Origin: the human T2T-CHM13v2.0 reference genome, Homo sapiens
DNA: 64,000 nucleotides
NCBI RefSeq assembly: GCF_009914755.1
Contig: NC_060937.1
Reading direction: 5' to 3' (one strand)
Part shown: positions 13,641 through 29,990 of the stretch, one piece after another
Layout: every line of letters begins with the position of its first letter
Numbering within the stretch: the stretch's first letter is position 1
The notes under the pieces: generated by a model
What the model was told of the DNA's origin: nothing
The model's input: the letters and a program-made list of their open reading frames with translations, nothing else
Databases searched by the model: none
Position numbers and translations under genes: made by a program

Positions 13641-14585
13641 ATAATCACCACAGCTGATTAACTGAGATTTATTTTTCCCAGCTCCCATCTCACCCTTTAA
13701 TGAGGGCATTTTTTAAGGTACATTTCCCTAAGGATAGGCAAGAAAGGGAAAAAGAAGGAGAACTTGAAGCCCAAATCATGGACCTGTGACTAATCTTTCT
13801 CTTATTTGTAAATTCGTTTAAGTGCAGTGTTATAGGGCTAGTTGGTTTAATCTTTACAAATGGAAAAAAATGTGGAGATAATGTGTGGTGATCATTATCA
13901 TAGAGGTGATCAGTTTCTCCAGAGAAAAACCTAACTAGAACAATTAGATGAGACATTTACCTAATGATTCGAGTTTCTCAGTAGTAGCAGAACAAAAAAA
14001 AAAATTTTTTTTCCAAAGTAAACAACATCTTCCAGACCACACCTTTTTCAGACCACTTCTAAGAGATGAATGTTAATGGCAGTAGGGATTTTCGAACTGT
14101 CTTGCAGAACGTGTGGAAATCATGGTCCATGTAGTTTCCTTGTTCATCTTCGTATTTACCAGGCAATTCAAATACATAGATACTTCCTACAAAAACTTCT
14201 GAAATGCTATGGTAACGTATGCCATGAAATACAATTTGCATGGATGATTAAGTTCCTATTTACAGCCTTCACCTCTTTTTACAGCTGCTGTACAAATAAC
14301 AAAGTTCAAAGAATGGAAAATCTAACAGTTATAAACATTGAGTTCCCACACCCAAAAGATTTTCATAAAAGCCAAATAGAAACATACAGAAAGGTGCGGT
14401 TGCTCACTCTCATTTTCTTTTAAGTTGAGTGATTATTTCCTATTAGACTTCACCTGGTTTGTTTATTTAATGATTCTTTCCAGTAGGCTGTTATTACCTG
14501 AAGGAGCATAAAATAGAAACTACAAGCATGAGTTAGAGAAAACTGCAATCTTCCTACGAGAGCATGGGAAATAATTAATACTCTA

Positions 14586-14730
14586 GGAACATTTTTCCAC
14601 CCAAATCCTGAAATTATGCTCAGAACTGTGGTTCATACGCGTAGGTGCACTGTTCCCCTTTAGGAGAGGAGCCATAGCTTTTTTGGGGGTCTTCAATAAA
14701 GTCCATAGCTTCAAAGAATTGTTAAAACAC
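14586..14730 (+). mobile_element. Probable hAT-Charlie MITE fragment (copy 1 of a local pair)
   Basis: ggagaggagccatagctt...aattgttaaaac resembles a Charlie-type end; similar to 15917-16060. Confidence 0.45.
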
Positions 14731-15916
14731 ATTTTTCAACAGTGTTTTCCTTTTGCTATACTTTCACTCAGTAACATTTCCACACCTGGAAAGATACTTT
14801 AAAAAGCAAACACCTTTGTTTAAGTGCTCATAAATTAAGCCTGAGCAACATAATGTACAATAAGTATAAAAATAATATGGACGTTAAACAGTGTGGCAAA
14901 GTGGTCACCAGTCCAATCATCAGAAAATATCGAGAGGGATCCCAGATGAATTGGAATATATGACCCTATTTATTTATTTCAGTGGCTGTTTTAAAAGTTT
15001 GAAAACCTCAGGGTGTGAGTAGATTATTGTGTGATGTCCTTCGGACAAAATTCTTTTAAGTTGACCTGCAGGACAGGAATTTAAGTGCTGTAGGAAAATC
15101 ACCACATTTGCTGATGGCATCTTTTTTGCAATTGTCATGCTCTGTGAATTTTTGGAGTCATAGTTTCATTTCCCCGCACTTGGTCCTTCTATGCCTTGCT
15201 CATTTTTTCCAATGATCCTCATCCTTCAATGGTTATAATCCTAAATATCCTCAAAGGTGGGATGCTACAGATGATAACTGAGTTCATGTTTACCTATAAC
15301 CAATAATTTATACTGGAAGTTAAACTAGCAGTTCTGGAACAACATGAAATGCTGGGGCGTGGGATGAGCAGTTTGGATGAAGTGATACTATTCACTCTTC
15401 AGCAGGGACATAATAAATACCTGAATTCTTTTCCTATAAAAGTAAAAGATTCCACTGAGCTTGCATTACTTATGTGATGTCCTTTTTTAAGATACCTTTT
15501 CCGGCACATTATCATTAATGATGTATGTTTATAAAATAATTTTTAAAAGGTTGGTTTTTAAAAGAAGAAGGAAGTGGAGCAGGAGAAATAGAAGCAGCAG
15601 CAGTAGTTGAGGTGAATCAGAGACAGAGGAGGAAGAGGAGAAGTAGATTGGGAAGAGAAGTGAATGTCCAGAGAATTGCTGGTGCAATATAGCCTTTAAA
15701 GAATAAGCCAGGCCAATAAACACTAGTGTCTTGGAACTAAATTTCTGTCTTTCTGTCTGTTGAGAGGAGAAGACCAAAAATGAAGAAAGAGGCAGGAAGA
15801 CCCAGCCCTTTCTGTCAAACTCCAGATGGAGTCATCCTGGTTAAGGGTTCTGAGGAAGCATGGACAGTGCCCCCATAGTTCCAGGCACTATTTGTCTGAA
15901 GCAGAGGTTCTGGGAG

Positions 15917-16060
15917 GAACATTCCCCATCCAAATCCTAAAATTATATTCGAAATGATGCATTCATATGCAGAGATGCATTTTTTCTCCTAAGGGGAGGA
16001 GACATAGCTTTCTTTAGATACTCAACACAGTCTATAACCTCAAAAAACATGATAAAACAG
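15917..16060 (+). mobile_element. Probable hAT-Charlie MITE fragment (copy 2)
   Basis: Collinear with 14586-14730. Confidence 0.45.
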
Positions 16061-16596
16061 GTTGTTCAAGGTTAGGGATTCCCAGAACCTCTCTTTCCAG
16101 AAGCATCCAAGTTGTCCTGCATCTATCTCCTAAGCCTTCTTCCCTAGGGGGAATAACTAACCCCTAAGCGTATTGGAACAACTTTTTCCTGAGGATAAAA
16201 CCTAAGTAGCTTGAACCATTGAGTAACTTCAGCCTCCTTAAGCTTATGTGCTAAATTGGTTAACGGCCCAGATTTCAGATGATCTGCCACGGCTATTTGT
16301 GGGCAGTATTTTGCAGTTTTTCATCATTCTTTCCCATTTTCTATGTCATTTGTTACACACCTTTAGAGTTAAGTAGGACTCCCTCCCTTTAGTTCCCATT
16401 TATGGAACAAGAAATTGAGAGTAAAGCGACTTGCCCAAGTTCCCAAGTAGCAGCCTGCCAGGCTGAGAATCTAGGCAGGGACTCCAGGGAGGGTAAGGCA
16501 TGTCTGTCTGCAAGGAAGTTAGTCTAAATACAGTTGTGTTGTTATTGTTTTCCTCCAGTGGCAAAATTTACATGTGTATATACATATATATATATA

Positions 16597-16722
16597 TTTT
16601 AATTTATTTATTTTTTTAAATTATACTTTAAGTTCTAGGGTACATGTGCACAATGTGCAGGTTTGTTACATATGTATACATGTGCCATGTTGGTGTGCTG
16701 CACCCATTAACTCGTCATTTAC
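16597..16722 (-). mobile_element. L1PA 3'-end stub (~125 bp)
   Basis: ttatactttaagttctagggtacatgtgcac...cccattaactcgtcatttac. Confidence 0.92.
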
Positions 16723-17069
16723 CTAATTGAAATGTTTTAATTCCCCTAACCCAACCCTACACACATTCTTCCACCACATCTTGGCCTTTCTCAGAGAGAA
16801 ACTGAATCAAAATCACGCAAAGAGAGTCTGTGCTTTTCTCAGACAACAAAGAAATAGGCAGAGCATATCATGCTGCCAGCAAACTCCAGACACTTCAGAA
16901 AAACAAACAAACAAACAATGTTCCTCATTATGTTTGAAGATATATTTTGTTTGGAAGTACAGAGCCAGAAACTACCTCATAGGGAAAAGCATCTCCCTTT
17001 TGTAAACATGTATTGTGCACATTAATGTTTTAAGAAATATTTTTGTTTACTAGAATCTTCAATAGATAG

Positions 17070-17470
17070 TGTTATTGGCTCTAACATTTTCCTCCTCTCT
17101 GTATCTGCATTGTTCTCCACAATGCACTCGCAATGTGGGAAAGATGTACTTCTGAGATTCTTGGCTTTGGGTTTGGACATAGGACTTGCTTTTGCCAACA
17201 GAATTAGGCCAAAGTCATACTGTGCTCATTCTGGGCAAAACCACAGAAGCCTTGTGTTTCCTCTCCTCTCTTGTACTTCTGCTGTCACCTTGAGAAGACT
17301 ATGCCAGGCTAATCCATTGGTACCAGAAGGGAAGAACAGACATTTAGGACAAACCTGCATCAACCAAGTCACCCCCACTCATCGTAGGCTGCATTAGCCA
17401 ATGCCCCAAAAGACACCTCTCTGAAGATGGCATGAAGACCAAACTATCAGCTGTGTTTGTTACAAAGTGA
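17070..17470 (+). mobile_element. MLT1-type MaLR LTR, degenerate
   Basis: ggacttgcttttgccaacagaatta-type LTR motifs. Confidence 0.55.
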
Positions 17471-17531
17471 AGTTCTCTTCGCAATAAGCCATGTATTTTT
17501 TTGTCCAAATGCAGCAGATAAGGCAGTATTA

Positions 17532-19920
17532 CTTGATCACTGCTGTTGAGTTTTCATAAAGAATTTTTAGGACTCCTTGGTTCCCTTCCATGAGTTCTCT
17601 TTACGTAGGAAAGACCAGATGTACCTAAGGAGTTTGGCCCAGTTGCTAACTGGACTGTTCACAAGTATCTCATCTTCCACACCAACCCATTGTTCTTGTC
17701 TACATGAAAGTTTGTGGTTGGAAAGACAGAAGCATAAAGAGAATAAATTACTGAATTGATAAATAGCCTGTGATAAAAATTTAGATTCCATCACAATGTC
17801 TTGAAAATTCTAAGGGAAAATGATTTGTAACCTGAAATTCCATACCCAGCTAAACTATTATGCAAGTATATGGGTGGACACAGACCTTTTCTTTTTTTTT
17901 TTTAATTATACTTTAAGTTTTAGGGTACATGTGCACAACGTGCAGGTTAGTTACATATGTATACATGTGCCATGTTGGTGTGCTGTACCCATTAACTCAT
18001 CATCTGGACAAAGACATTTTCAGATACATAAGAACTACCTGAGAGAATCTCTGGGACACAGCTAAAGCAGTGTTTAGAGAGAAATTTATGGCACTAAATG
18101 CCCACAGGAGAAAGTAAGAAACATCTAAAATCAACACCTTAACACCACAATTAAAAGAAGTAGAGAAGCAAAACCAAACAAATTCAAAAGCTAACAGAAG
18201 ACAAGAAATAACTAAGATCAGAGCAGAACTGAAGGAGACAGAGACATGAAAAACCCTTCAAAACATCAATGAATCCAGGATCTAGTTTTTCAAAAAGATT
18301 AACAAAATAGATAGACTGCTAGCCAGATTAATAAAGAAGGAAAGAGAGAAGAATCAAATAGACACAATAAAAAATGAAAAAGGGGATATCACCACTGATC
18401 CCACACAAATACAAACTACCATCAGAGAATGCTATAAACACCTCTATGAAAATAAACTAGAAAATCTGAAGAAATGGATAAATTCCTGGACACATACACC
18501 CTCCCAAGACTAAACCAGGAAGAAGTCGAATCCCTGAATAGACCAGTAACAAGTTCTGAAATTGAGGCAGTAATTAATAGGCTACCAACCAAAGAAAGCC
18601 CAGGACCAGACAGATTCCCAGCCAACTTCTACCGGAGATACAAAGAGGAGCTGGTACCATTCCTTCTGAAACTATTCCAATCAATAGAAAAAAAGGGAAT
18701 CCTCCCTAACTCATTTTATGAGGCCAGCATCATCCTGATACCAAAACCTGGCAGAGACACAACATAAAAAGAAAATTTCAGGCCTATATCCCTGATGTAC
18801 ATCGAGGTGAAAATCCTCAGTAAAATACTGGCAAACTGAATCCAGCAGCACATCAAAAAGCTGATCCACCATGATCAAGTTGGCTTCATCCCTGGGATGC
18901 AAGGCTGGTTCAACATACGCAAATCAATAAACATAATCCATCACATAAACAGAACCAAAGACAAAAACCACATGATTATCTCAATAGATGCAGAAAAGAC
19001 CTATGTTAAAATTCAACACCCCTTCTTGCTAAAAACTCTCAATAAACTAGGTATTGATGGAACATATCTCAAAATAATAAGAGCTATTTATGACAAACCC
19101 ACAGCTAATATCATACTGAATGGGCAAAAGCTAGACACATTCCCTTTGAAAACCAGCACAAGACAAGGATACCCTCTTTCACCACTCCTGTTCAACATAG
19201 TATTGGAAGCTCTGGCCAAGGCAATCAGGCAAGAGAAAGAAATAAAGGGTATTCAAATAGGGAGAGAGGAAGTCAAGTTGTCTCTGTTTGCAGATGACAT
19301 GATTGTATATTTAGAAAACCCCATCATCTCAGCCCAAAATTCTCCTTAAGCTGATAAACAACTTCAGAAAAATTTCTGGATACCAAATCAATGTGCAAAA
19401 ATCACAAGCATTCCTAGACACCAATAACAGGCAAACAGAGAGCCAAATCATGAGTGAACTCCTATTCACGATTGCTACACAGAGAATAAAATACCTAGGA
19501 ATCCAACTTACAAGGGATGTGAAGGGCCTCTTCAAGGAGGACTACAAACCATTGCTCAACGAAATCAGAGAGGACACAAACAAATGGAAAAACATTCCAT
19601 GCTCATGGATAGGAAGAATCAATATCGTGAAAATGGCTGTACTACCCAGAGTAATTTATACATTCAATGCTATCCCCATCAAGCTACCACTGACTTTCTT
19701 CACAGAATTAGAAAAACTACTTTAAATTTCATATGGAACCAAAAAAGAGCCCGTATAGCCAAGACAATCCTAAGCAAATGAACAAAGCTGGAGGCATGAC
19801 ACTACCTGACTTCAAACTATACTATGAGGCTACAGTAACCAAAACAGCATGGTACTGGTACCAAAACAGATATATAGACCAATGGAACAGAACAGAGGCC
19901 TCAGAAATAGCACTACACAT
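17532..19920 (+). repeat. Left arm of an inverted segmental duplication (paralog of 61700-64000)
   Basis: Reverse-complement match including non-L1PA flank. Near-identical ORF translations (MMESKFLSQA.., MVPFHEFSL..), and the same L1 5' truncation point and TSD. Confidence 0.95.
17891..18004 (-). mobile_element. Younger L1PA 3'-end stub, present only in the left duplicate
   Basis: TSD tggacacagacctttt (17875-17890) / tggacaaagacatttt (18005-18020). The paralog has an empty site at about 63642-63660. Confidence 0.9.
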
Positions 19921-20579
19921 CAACAAGTCAGGAAAGAACAGATGCTGGAGAGGATGTGGAGAAATAGGAATGCTTTTACATTGTTGGTGGGAGTATAATT
20001 TAGTTCAACCATTGTGGAAGACAGTGTGGCAATTCCTCAAGGATCTAAAACCAGAAATACCATTTGTCCCAGCAATCCCATTACTGTGTATATACCCTAA
20101 GGATTATAAATCATTCTGCTATAAAGACACATGTGCACATATGTTTATTGCAACACTGTTCACAATAGCAAAGACTTGGAACCAACCCAAATGCCCATCA
20201 ATGATAGACTGGATAAAGAAAATGTGGCACATATACATCATGGAATACTATGCAGCCATAAAAAAGGATGAGTTTATGTCCTTTGCAGGGACATGGATGA
20301 AGCTGTAAGCCATCATTCTCTGCAAACTAACACAGGAAGAGAAAACCAAACACCACATGTTCTCACTCATAAGTGGGAGTTGAACAACAAGAACATGTGG
20401 ACACAGGGAGGGGAGCGTCACACACTGGAGCCTGTCGGGGAGTTGGGGGGGCTAGGTGAGGGAGAGCATTAGGAGAAATACCTAATGTAGATGACGGGTT
20501 GATGGTGCAGTAAACCACCATGGCATGTGTATACCTATGTAACATGCTGCACATGTATCCCAGAACTTAGCGTATAATA
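18045..20579 (+). mobile_element. 5'-truncated L1PA7-like element with an internal deletion at ~19920
   Basis: ORF2 RT fragments ([14 protein letters not shown]), 3' UTR and short poly(A). Preceded by aagaactacctgaga (18030-18044). Confidence 0.95.
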
Positions 20580-20595
20580 AAAAAATGGGCAAAAG

Positions 20596-21445
20596 ACGTA
20601 AACAGACACTTCTCAAAATAAGACATACGAGTGGTCAAGAAACATGTGAAAAGATGCTCAATGTCACTAATCATAAGAGAAATGCAAATAAAAACCACAG
20701 TGAGATACCATCTTACACCAGTCAGAATGACTACTATTAAAAAGTCAAAAAAACAACAGATGCTGGCAAAAATGTAGAGAAAAGGTAACACTTACACACT
20801 GTTGGTAGTAATGTTTTTAGCTCAGCCATGTAGAAAACAGTTTGAAGATTTCTCAAATAACTTAAAGCAGAACTATTATTTGACCCAGCAATGCCATTAC
20901 TGGGTATATATATATAAAAGAAAATAAATCATTCTACCAAAAAGACACACTCATATGTTATCAAAAAGATTCACTCATATGTTTATCACCACACTATTCA
21001 CAATAGACATGGAAGCAACCTAGGTGTCCATCAGTGGAGGCTTGGATAAAAAAAAATTGGTACATATGCATTATATAATACTATGCAGCCATAAAAAGAA
21101 TAAAATCATGTCCTCTGCAGCAACATGGATGCATCTGGAGGCCATTATTCAAAGATTAACGCAGGAACAGAAAACCAAATATCGCATGTTCTAATTTTTA
21201 AGTGGGAGCTAAACATTAGATACTCATGGGCATAAAGATGGCAATAATAGCCACTGCGGACTACTAGAGTGGAGAAGGAGGAAGAGGGGCATGGGTTGAA
21301 AAACTAACTATTGGGTACTATGCTCACTACCTGGGCGACAGGATCATCCATATGCCAAACCTCAGCGTTATGCAATATACTCATGTAACAAACCTACACA
21401 TGTACTCCCTGACTCTAAAATGAAATTTGAAATTATTTAAAAAAA
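20596..21445 (+). mobile_element. 3' end of the old L1PA15/16-like element begun at 909
   Basis: Resumes at the L1 position where 7526 stops. PA15/16-type 3' UTR (gaaaaactaactattgggtactatgctcactacctggg). Weak outer TSD aaactctgatgt (897-908) / aaccctctggtgt (21445-21457). Confidence 0.85.
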
Positions 21446-22174
21446 ACCCTCTGGTGTCTAAATACCATAGTAGCAAAACCAACACTACTTAACACTACTT
21501 TAATAAGTGAGTTTACATACTTTAGCACTTCTTTCTGAAAGCTTTTCATTCATCAGAGCTTAATTATTGTCATTTAAATATTTTCATATTTGTTAACATA
21601 ATTAGGAATGTTGCAAATACTTTGTCATTTCCAGTTCACAAATGGAATGATGAAGGAACAGCTAGACTACGGCTTGTGTAACAGATACACATATTCCTTG
21701 TGTGTCTATCTGTCCGAAATCCAATTTTCTGTTCAGATGTGTAAATATACGTACATATCATTATGATTAATGTTCTATAGAAAGGGTCTGGTGGAGCAGA
21801 AGAAAGGTAAGAAAGGTTGCCTCTTAAGTATAATTATAGCTGCTGGGGAGGGCTATTGTGAGAATGAGAAATATAGAGAAAGTAAATAACACTACACAAT
21901 GGAGAGGTTAAAGTCTTTCAGGAATTACACAGATTAGAAATTGATCCTGTCTTGCCAAAAGCTAAGGGAGCTTTAAAACCCTTCCTCCTCCCACAGTGAG
22001 ACATTTGACAGCAGTCTTTCTCTAGACTCATAGGAGAGTTGTATTTACAGCATTCGTATAGCTAATAGTAACCAATAACTCTTATTGAGTAATTGGAGTA
22101 ATCTATGTGCCACACTGAGTCCTTCATATAGTTTGTCTCATTATATAATTAGAATCTATAAAGTAGGAAATGAC

Positions 22175-22260
22175 AGACGTGCTTAGAACCAAGGAAATAG
22201 TGCGGTTAGAACCAAGGAAGTAGTAAATAAAATTAGACGTGGTTAGAACTAAGGAAATGA
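22175..22260. repeat. Imperfect triplication of (g)ttagaaccaaggaa
   Basis: Three copies directly visible. Confidence 0.8.
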
Positions 22261-22990
22261 AGATTCTACACTTAAAAATAAAAAAGCAACTTTTGAGTAA
22301 TTGCAGAAAGGCCTGGGATTTTCTACAATTTGTAGATAAATCCTGATACCATCTAATGATGTTTACTGTGGTTTCTGGGCCCAGGTAGAGTGTAACAAGG
22401 ACCAGCAAATAACCTCTTAAATAGGTCCGGGTCAATAACCAGAACAGAAAACTTGCTTTTGGCCACATCTCTTAAGGAGGGGCCATTACTAGTTAAGAAG
22501 AGAGTTCCATATTAAATAAATAAATAAATGTTCTGGTTGTGGGTTGTTTAATTCAAATTCCTATTCAGTTCATCTGATAATAAACTATATTTAATTCATG
22601 ATGTAATTCTGTGTTCCGTAATGGTTTTTACAAAGCCCCAACTTGAAAAAACTTTTTTGGGTATTGCTTATTAGTGGATGCAGCTGTTGAGAAGGGGCAA
22701 GGTTTTGACTTTATGTTGTAGTTCATGTTCACTGATGCAGAGAGGTGTTTATAATGTATTGTGAGTGACTTAAGCAGAGCATAAAACACCATATTATCCC
22801 ATTTTGTAAAATAAAAAAACAGGCAAATGAAACACTAAACAACATTATTTATTAACATTAGAAAATTTGAAACATCAAAACATACTTCAGAGCAAAGAAA
22901 ATGGGGAACACCTAAATGTTTAACTATAAAGCACCAGCTTAATAAATTGAGGTAGATATATATGTAGCCTTGAAATATGGCTGTATAAAG

Positions 22991-26640
<3,650 letters not shown>

Positions 26641-26700
26641 GTAACCATGGACAATATATAAACAAATGGATTTCATGTGTTCCAATACAACTTTATTCAG
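26641..26700 (+). mobile_element. MER58-like fragment between the L1 tail and the 3' TSD
   Basis: ccatggacaatatataaacaaatgg..tgtgttccaatacaactttatt resembles recalled MER58A. Confidence 0.65.
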
Positions 26701-26894
26701 AAAAAATATAGCTGTAGAAAAACTGATTGACACAATATTCATAACTTATTGTTAAAAGCAATAAAACATAATCCAAAATATTTCGATTTATTTTTATAAA
26801 AGAAAATGTATACATAGATAAAACATTTAGAAATATAGATACTAATATATTAACACGTTTACTTTGAATGGTGAGATTACAATTGATTTTTTTT

Positions 26895-27331
26895 TTTACA
26901 TAATTTAAATAGACTTTTTTTTAGAGCGGTTGTAGATTTACAGAAAGTTGAGAAGATAGTGGAGAGGGTTACCATATATCCCATATCCAGTTTCCCCTAT
27001 TATTACCATCCTATATCAGTAGCATACATTTGTTACATTAATAAATCAACACTGAAATATCATTAACTAAAATTCATACTTTGTTAGAATTTCTTTAGTT
27101 TCTATTTAGTGTCTTTTTCCCTGTTCCAGGATCCCATCTAGGATACCACATTACATTTAGCATCATGTCTCCTTAGGAACCTCTTGGTTGTGACAGTTTC
27201 TCAGACATTTGTTTTTGTTAACCATGACAGTTTTGAGGAGTATTGGTCAGGTATTTTGTAGGATGCCCCACTATCGGAATTTGTCTATGTTTTTGTTATG
27301 ATTAGGCTGGGGTTATGGGTTTGGGGGAGGA
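26895..27331 (-). mobile_element. L1MC/MD-type 3' fragment
   Basis: aaatagactttttt..agagcggttgtagatttacagaaa and ctgttccaggatcccatc. TSD-like ca(a/g)ttgattttt. Confidence 0.75.
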
Positions 27332-27425
27332 ACAGTTGATTTTTGTATTCTTTTAATTAATTTATCTATTTACTAAAATGAACATGTTTTACTATTGTAC
27401 TAAAACAGTTACGATGAAATCATGC

Positions 27426-27462
27426 ATACACACACACACACACGCACACACACGCACACACG
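27426..27462. repeat. (CA)n microsatellite
   Basis: Directly visible. Confidence 0.95.
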
Positions 27463-27939
27463 TATATGCATTCATCATTGCTAGCCATCAGTTATAAGGA
27501 TGGTTGCCTGGGTCGGCACTAGGTGAAACTGCGGTTAGCAAATTTTCTCCTCAGTAAGTTTCAGCTGCTCTTTTCAGCATCCTCTCATTCCCGTTTCAAT
27601 GTGTCTGACAGTTGGTAAATGTTTAAGATACAGCTTCTTTATGAAGACTCTTGCATTTTAATATAAGATTCTAAAAATCTGATGTTTTCAATACCCAAAG
27701 GAATTAGACTCTAATTCCTTTGCAAGTGGATAGAGGATAGAGAAGTTGCAAGTGGATAGAGGAGGAACTGTTCCCTGCACCTCTATTCCTGATTTTGCAA
27801 AGTGAATATTGTCTATGTGAGATGCTCATACAAAGACTCATCAGAGACAAGCAACGTACAGGTTAGCAAAGGAATCAAATAAACTATCTGTCAGAAACTG
27901 AATTATGACCTTAGAATAGTTTTCTCCCTGATCCTAGGA

Positions 27940-28460
27940 ATCTGTCGTTTTTGTCTTCAAAACCCTATTTCTTCCTTCCTTTTATAATAGCAGCCTCATT
28001 TTCCTTTAGTGGTTCGCTTTCTCCCACTCTCTCCTGCAATTCCAGAAATGACTATCTGACCAGACCTAGAGTCCAATAGCTCCCTCCCTTCCCACAGTGA
28101 TTGGTGGATCTGGAATAAACATGTGACTCTAATTGAGCCAATGGGAGCTTGTCCTGAGACTTTTGCCAAAGCTGTTAGGAAAGAGGAGCTTTGTTTCTGT
28201 GATGGATGTTAAGCTGATAGGATGTAAGACTGGAGTTGCTAAGGATTATCCAGACTACGACAGAGAAAAAATCTGTCTGAGAAGGAAGCCAACACAAGAG
28301 GAATAGATTCTTGAAGATAATGTGTGATTTTTCTGACAAACTAGATTTATCTCCTAGACTTTCCAGTTACATGAGCCAGTAAAGTTTTTGTGTGTGTGTG
28401 TTAAGTCAGTTCAGGTTGTGTTTTTGGGACTGCAACTAAAAAACCCTCCATTAAAAGACT
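27940..28460 (+). mobile_element. Ancient ERVL/MaLR solo LTR (LTR16/MLT1-like)
   Basis: gagccaatggga and ttccagttacatgagccagtaaa..ttaagtcagtt..tgcaact 3' motifs. Confidence 0.6.
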
Positions 28461-28769
28461 CTCTTAAGACCCTATTCTTTTAAATAAATTAACTATCTTC
28501 TTACTCAAGTGTCTGATCTCAGCATACTTTCCATTTCTCAACGTTATTTTTAAAAAAAATCTTTGGACTCTTGTATCTTGTTCTTATAAAAAAAAAAAGA
28601 TAACCTGTTAAAAATTCAGTCAGGTTGATTATTTGGTTTCATGTAGTCTAATATAGTTTATTTCCACTGGTGATAAAATCAAATTCAGAACACACTAAAA
28701 TATTGAACATATTGAAAATATCTCTGTGATTAGGATATAGCTACAAGTTTCTGACTTTAAAAGATTTTG

Positions 28770-29048
28770 GGCTAGGCACGGTGCTCATGCTGGTAATCCC
28801 AGCACTTTGGGAGGCTGAGGCAGGTGGATCGCTTGAGCCCAGGAGTTGGAGACCAGCGCGGGCCACATAACGAAACCCCATCTCTACTAAAAATACAAAC
28901 ACTAGCCAGGCGTGGTGGTGCACACCTATAATTCCAGTTACTCAGGGCGCTGAGGCAGGAGAATCGCTTGAACCTGGGAGGCAGGGGTTGCAACGAGTCA
29001 GGATTGGGCCACTGCATTCCAGCCTGGGGGACTGAGATTCTGTCTCAA

Positions 29049-29108
<60 letters not shown>

Positions 29109-29110
29109 AA
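28770..29110 (+). mobile_element. Alu with a (CAA)n microsatellite tail (29046-29107)
   Basis: Dimer; TSD aaaagattttg (28759-28769 / 29116-29126). Confidence 0.95.
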
Positions 29111-29132
29111 GCCGTAAAAGATTTTGTTTAAC

Positions 29133-29432
29133 TTTTTTTTTTTGAGGCAGAATCTCACTCTGTTGCACAGGCTGGAGCGCAGTGGCGCAATCTTGGCTCA
29201 TTGCAACCTCTGCTTCCCGGGTTCAAGCGATTCTCCTGCCTCGGCCTCCTGAGTAGCTGGGATTACAGGTGCGTGCCACCACATCTGGCTAATTTTTTTT
29301 TTTTTGGTATTTTTAGTAGACGTGGGGTTTCACCATGTTGGTCAGGCTGGTCTCGAACTCCTGACCTCATGATCCGCCCACCTCAGCCTCCCAAAGTGCT
29401 GGGATTACAGGCATGAGCCACTGCACCCAGCC
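29133..29432 (-). mobile_element. AluS
   Basis: Dimer; TSD gattttgtttaa(c/t)t (29120-29133 / 29433-29446). Confidence 0.95.
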
Positions 29433-29699
29433 GATTTTGTTTAATTTTAAGCAAGCGTGTTAACCGGTGGGGACCTCTCTCTTGCCCCAGTAGTTTCTCA
29501 ACTATCAGAAAATTCTTCTGGTCAGTTTCCATGGCAGCAACACCAGCTCAGGTTTCCTGATTTTAATGCGTCATTTGGCAAATGATCAATCAGCCACTTT
29601 CTACCACACTTCAATCACTGGCCAATGTGAAATGAGTTAAATGGTATTCTTTGCACTGGAAGAAATGTGAAGGTGATACAATTGCTCTCAAGAATTCAT

Positions 29700-29990
29700 T
29701 CATACAAGGTTAAGGGTTAAATGCTTAGACATTTCACAGCCTCTAAAACCTGGATCTCAACCCCAACTCTGCTGTTTACTTGCTATCTGACTGCAGAGAG
29801 GTAACGAAAATCTCTGTGATTCAGTCTCATCATCTAAGAAACAGGAATAATAATAGAAAAATAACCTAAAATAATATATAATACAATATCATATAAAACA
29901 ATAGGGCTGGTGTGAGATTAAGAGAACTGGTCCATAAAGCACTAAACATGGTGGCTGACACAGAGGAAATGCTCAGTCAGCATCAGGTGG
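29700..29990 (+). mobile_element. MIR
   Basis: MIR core-like tcagtctcatcatctaagaaacaggaataataa..gtgagattaa. Confidence 0.7.

Noticed and set aside
13961-14186. Possible minus-strand exon (GSIYVFELPGKYEDEQGNY...)
   Set aside because: Weak acceptor, stops in all frames, a homopolymer run inside, and no recognisable homolog.
27720-27763. Short duplication ttgcaagtggatagagga
   Set aside because: An ordinary slippage-scale duplication, like those near 21480 and 63415-63490.
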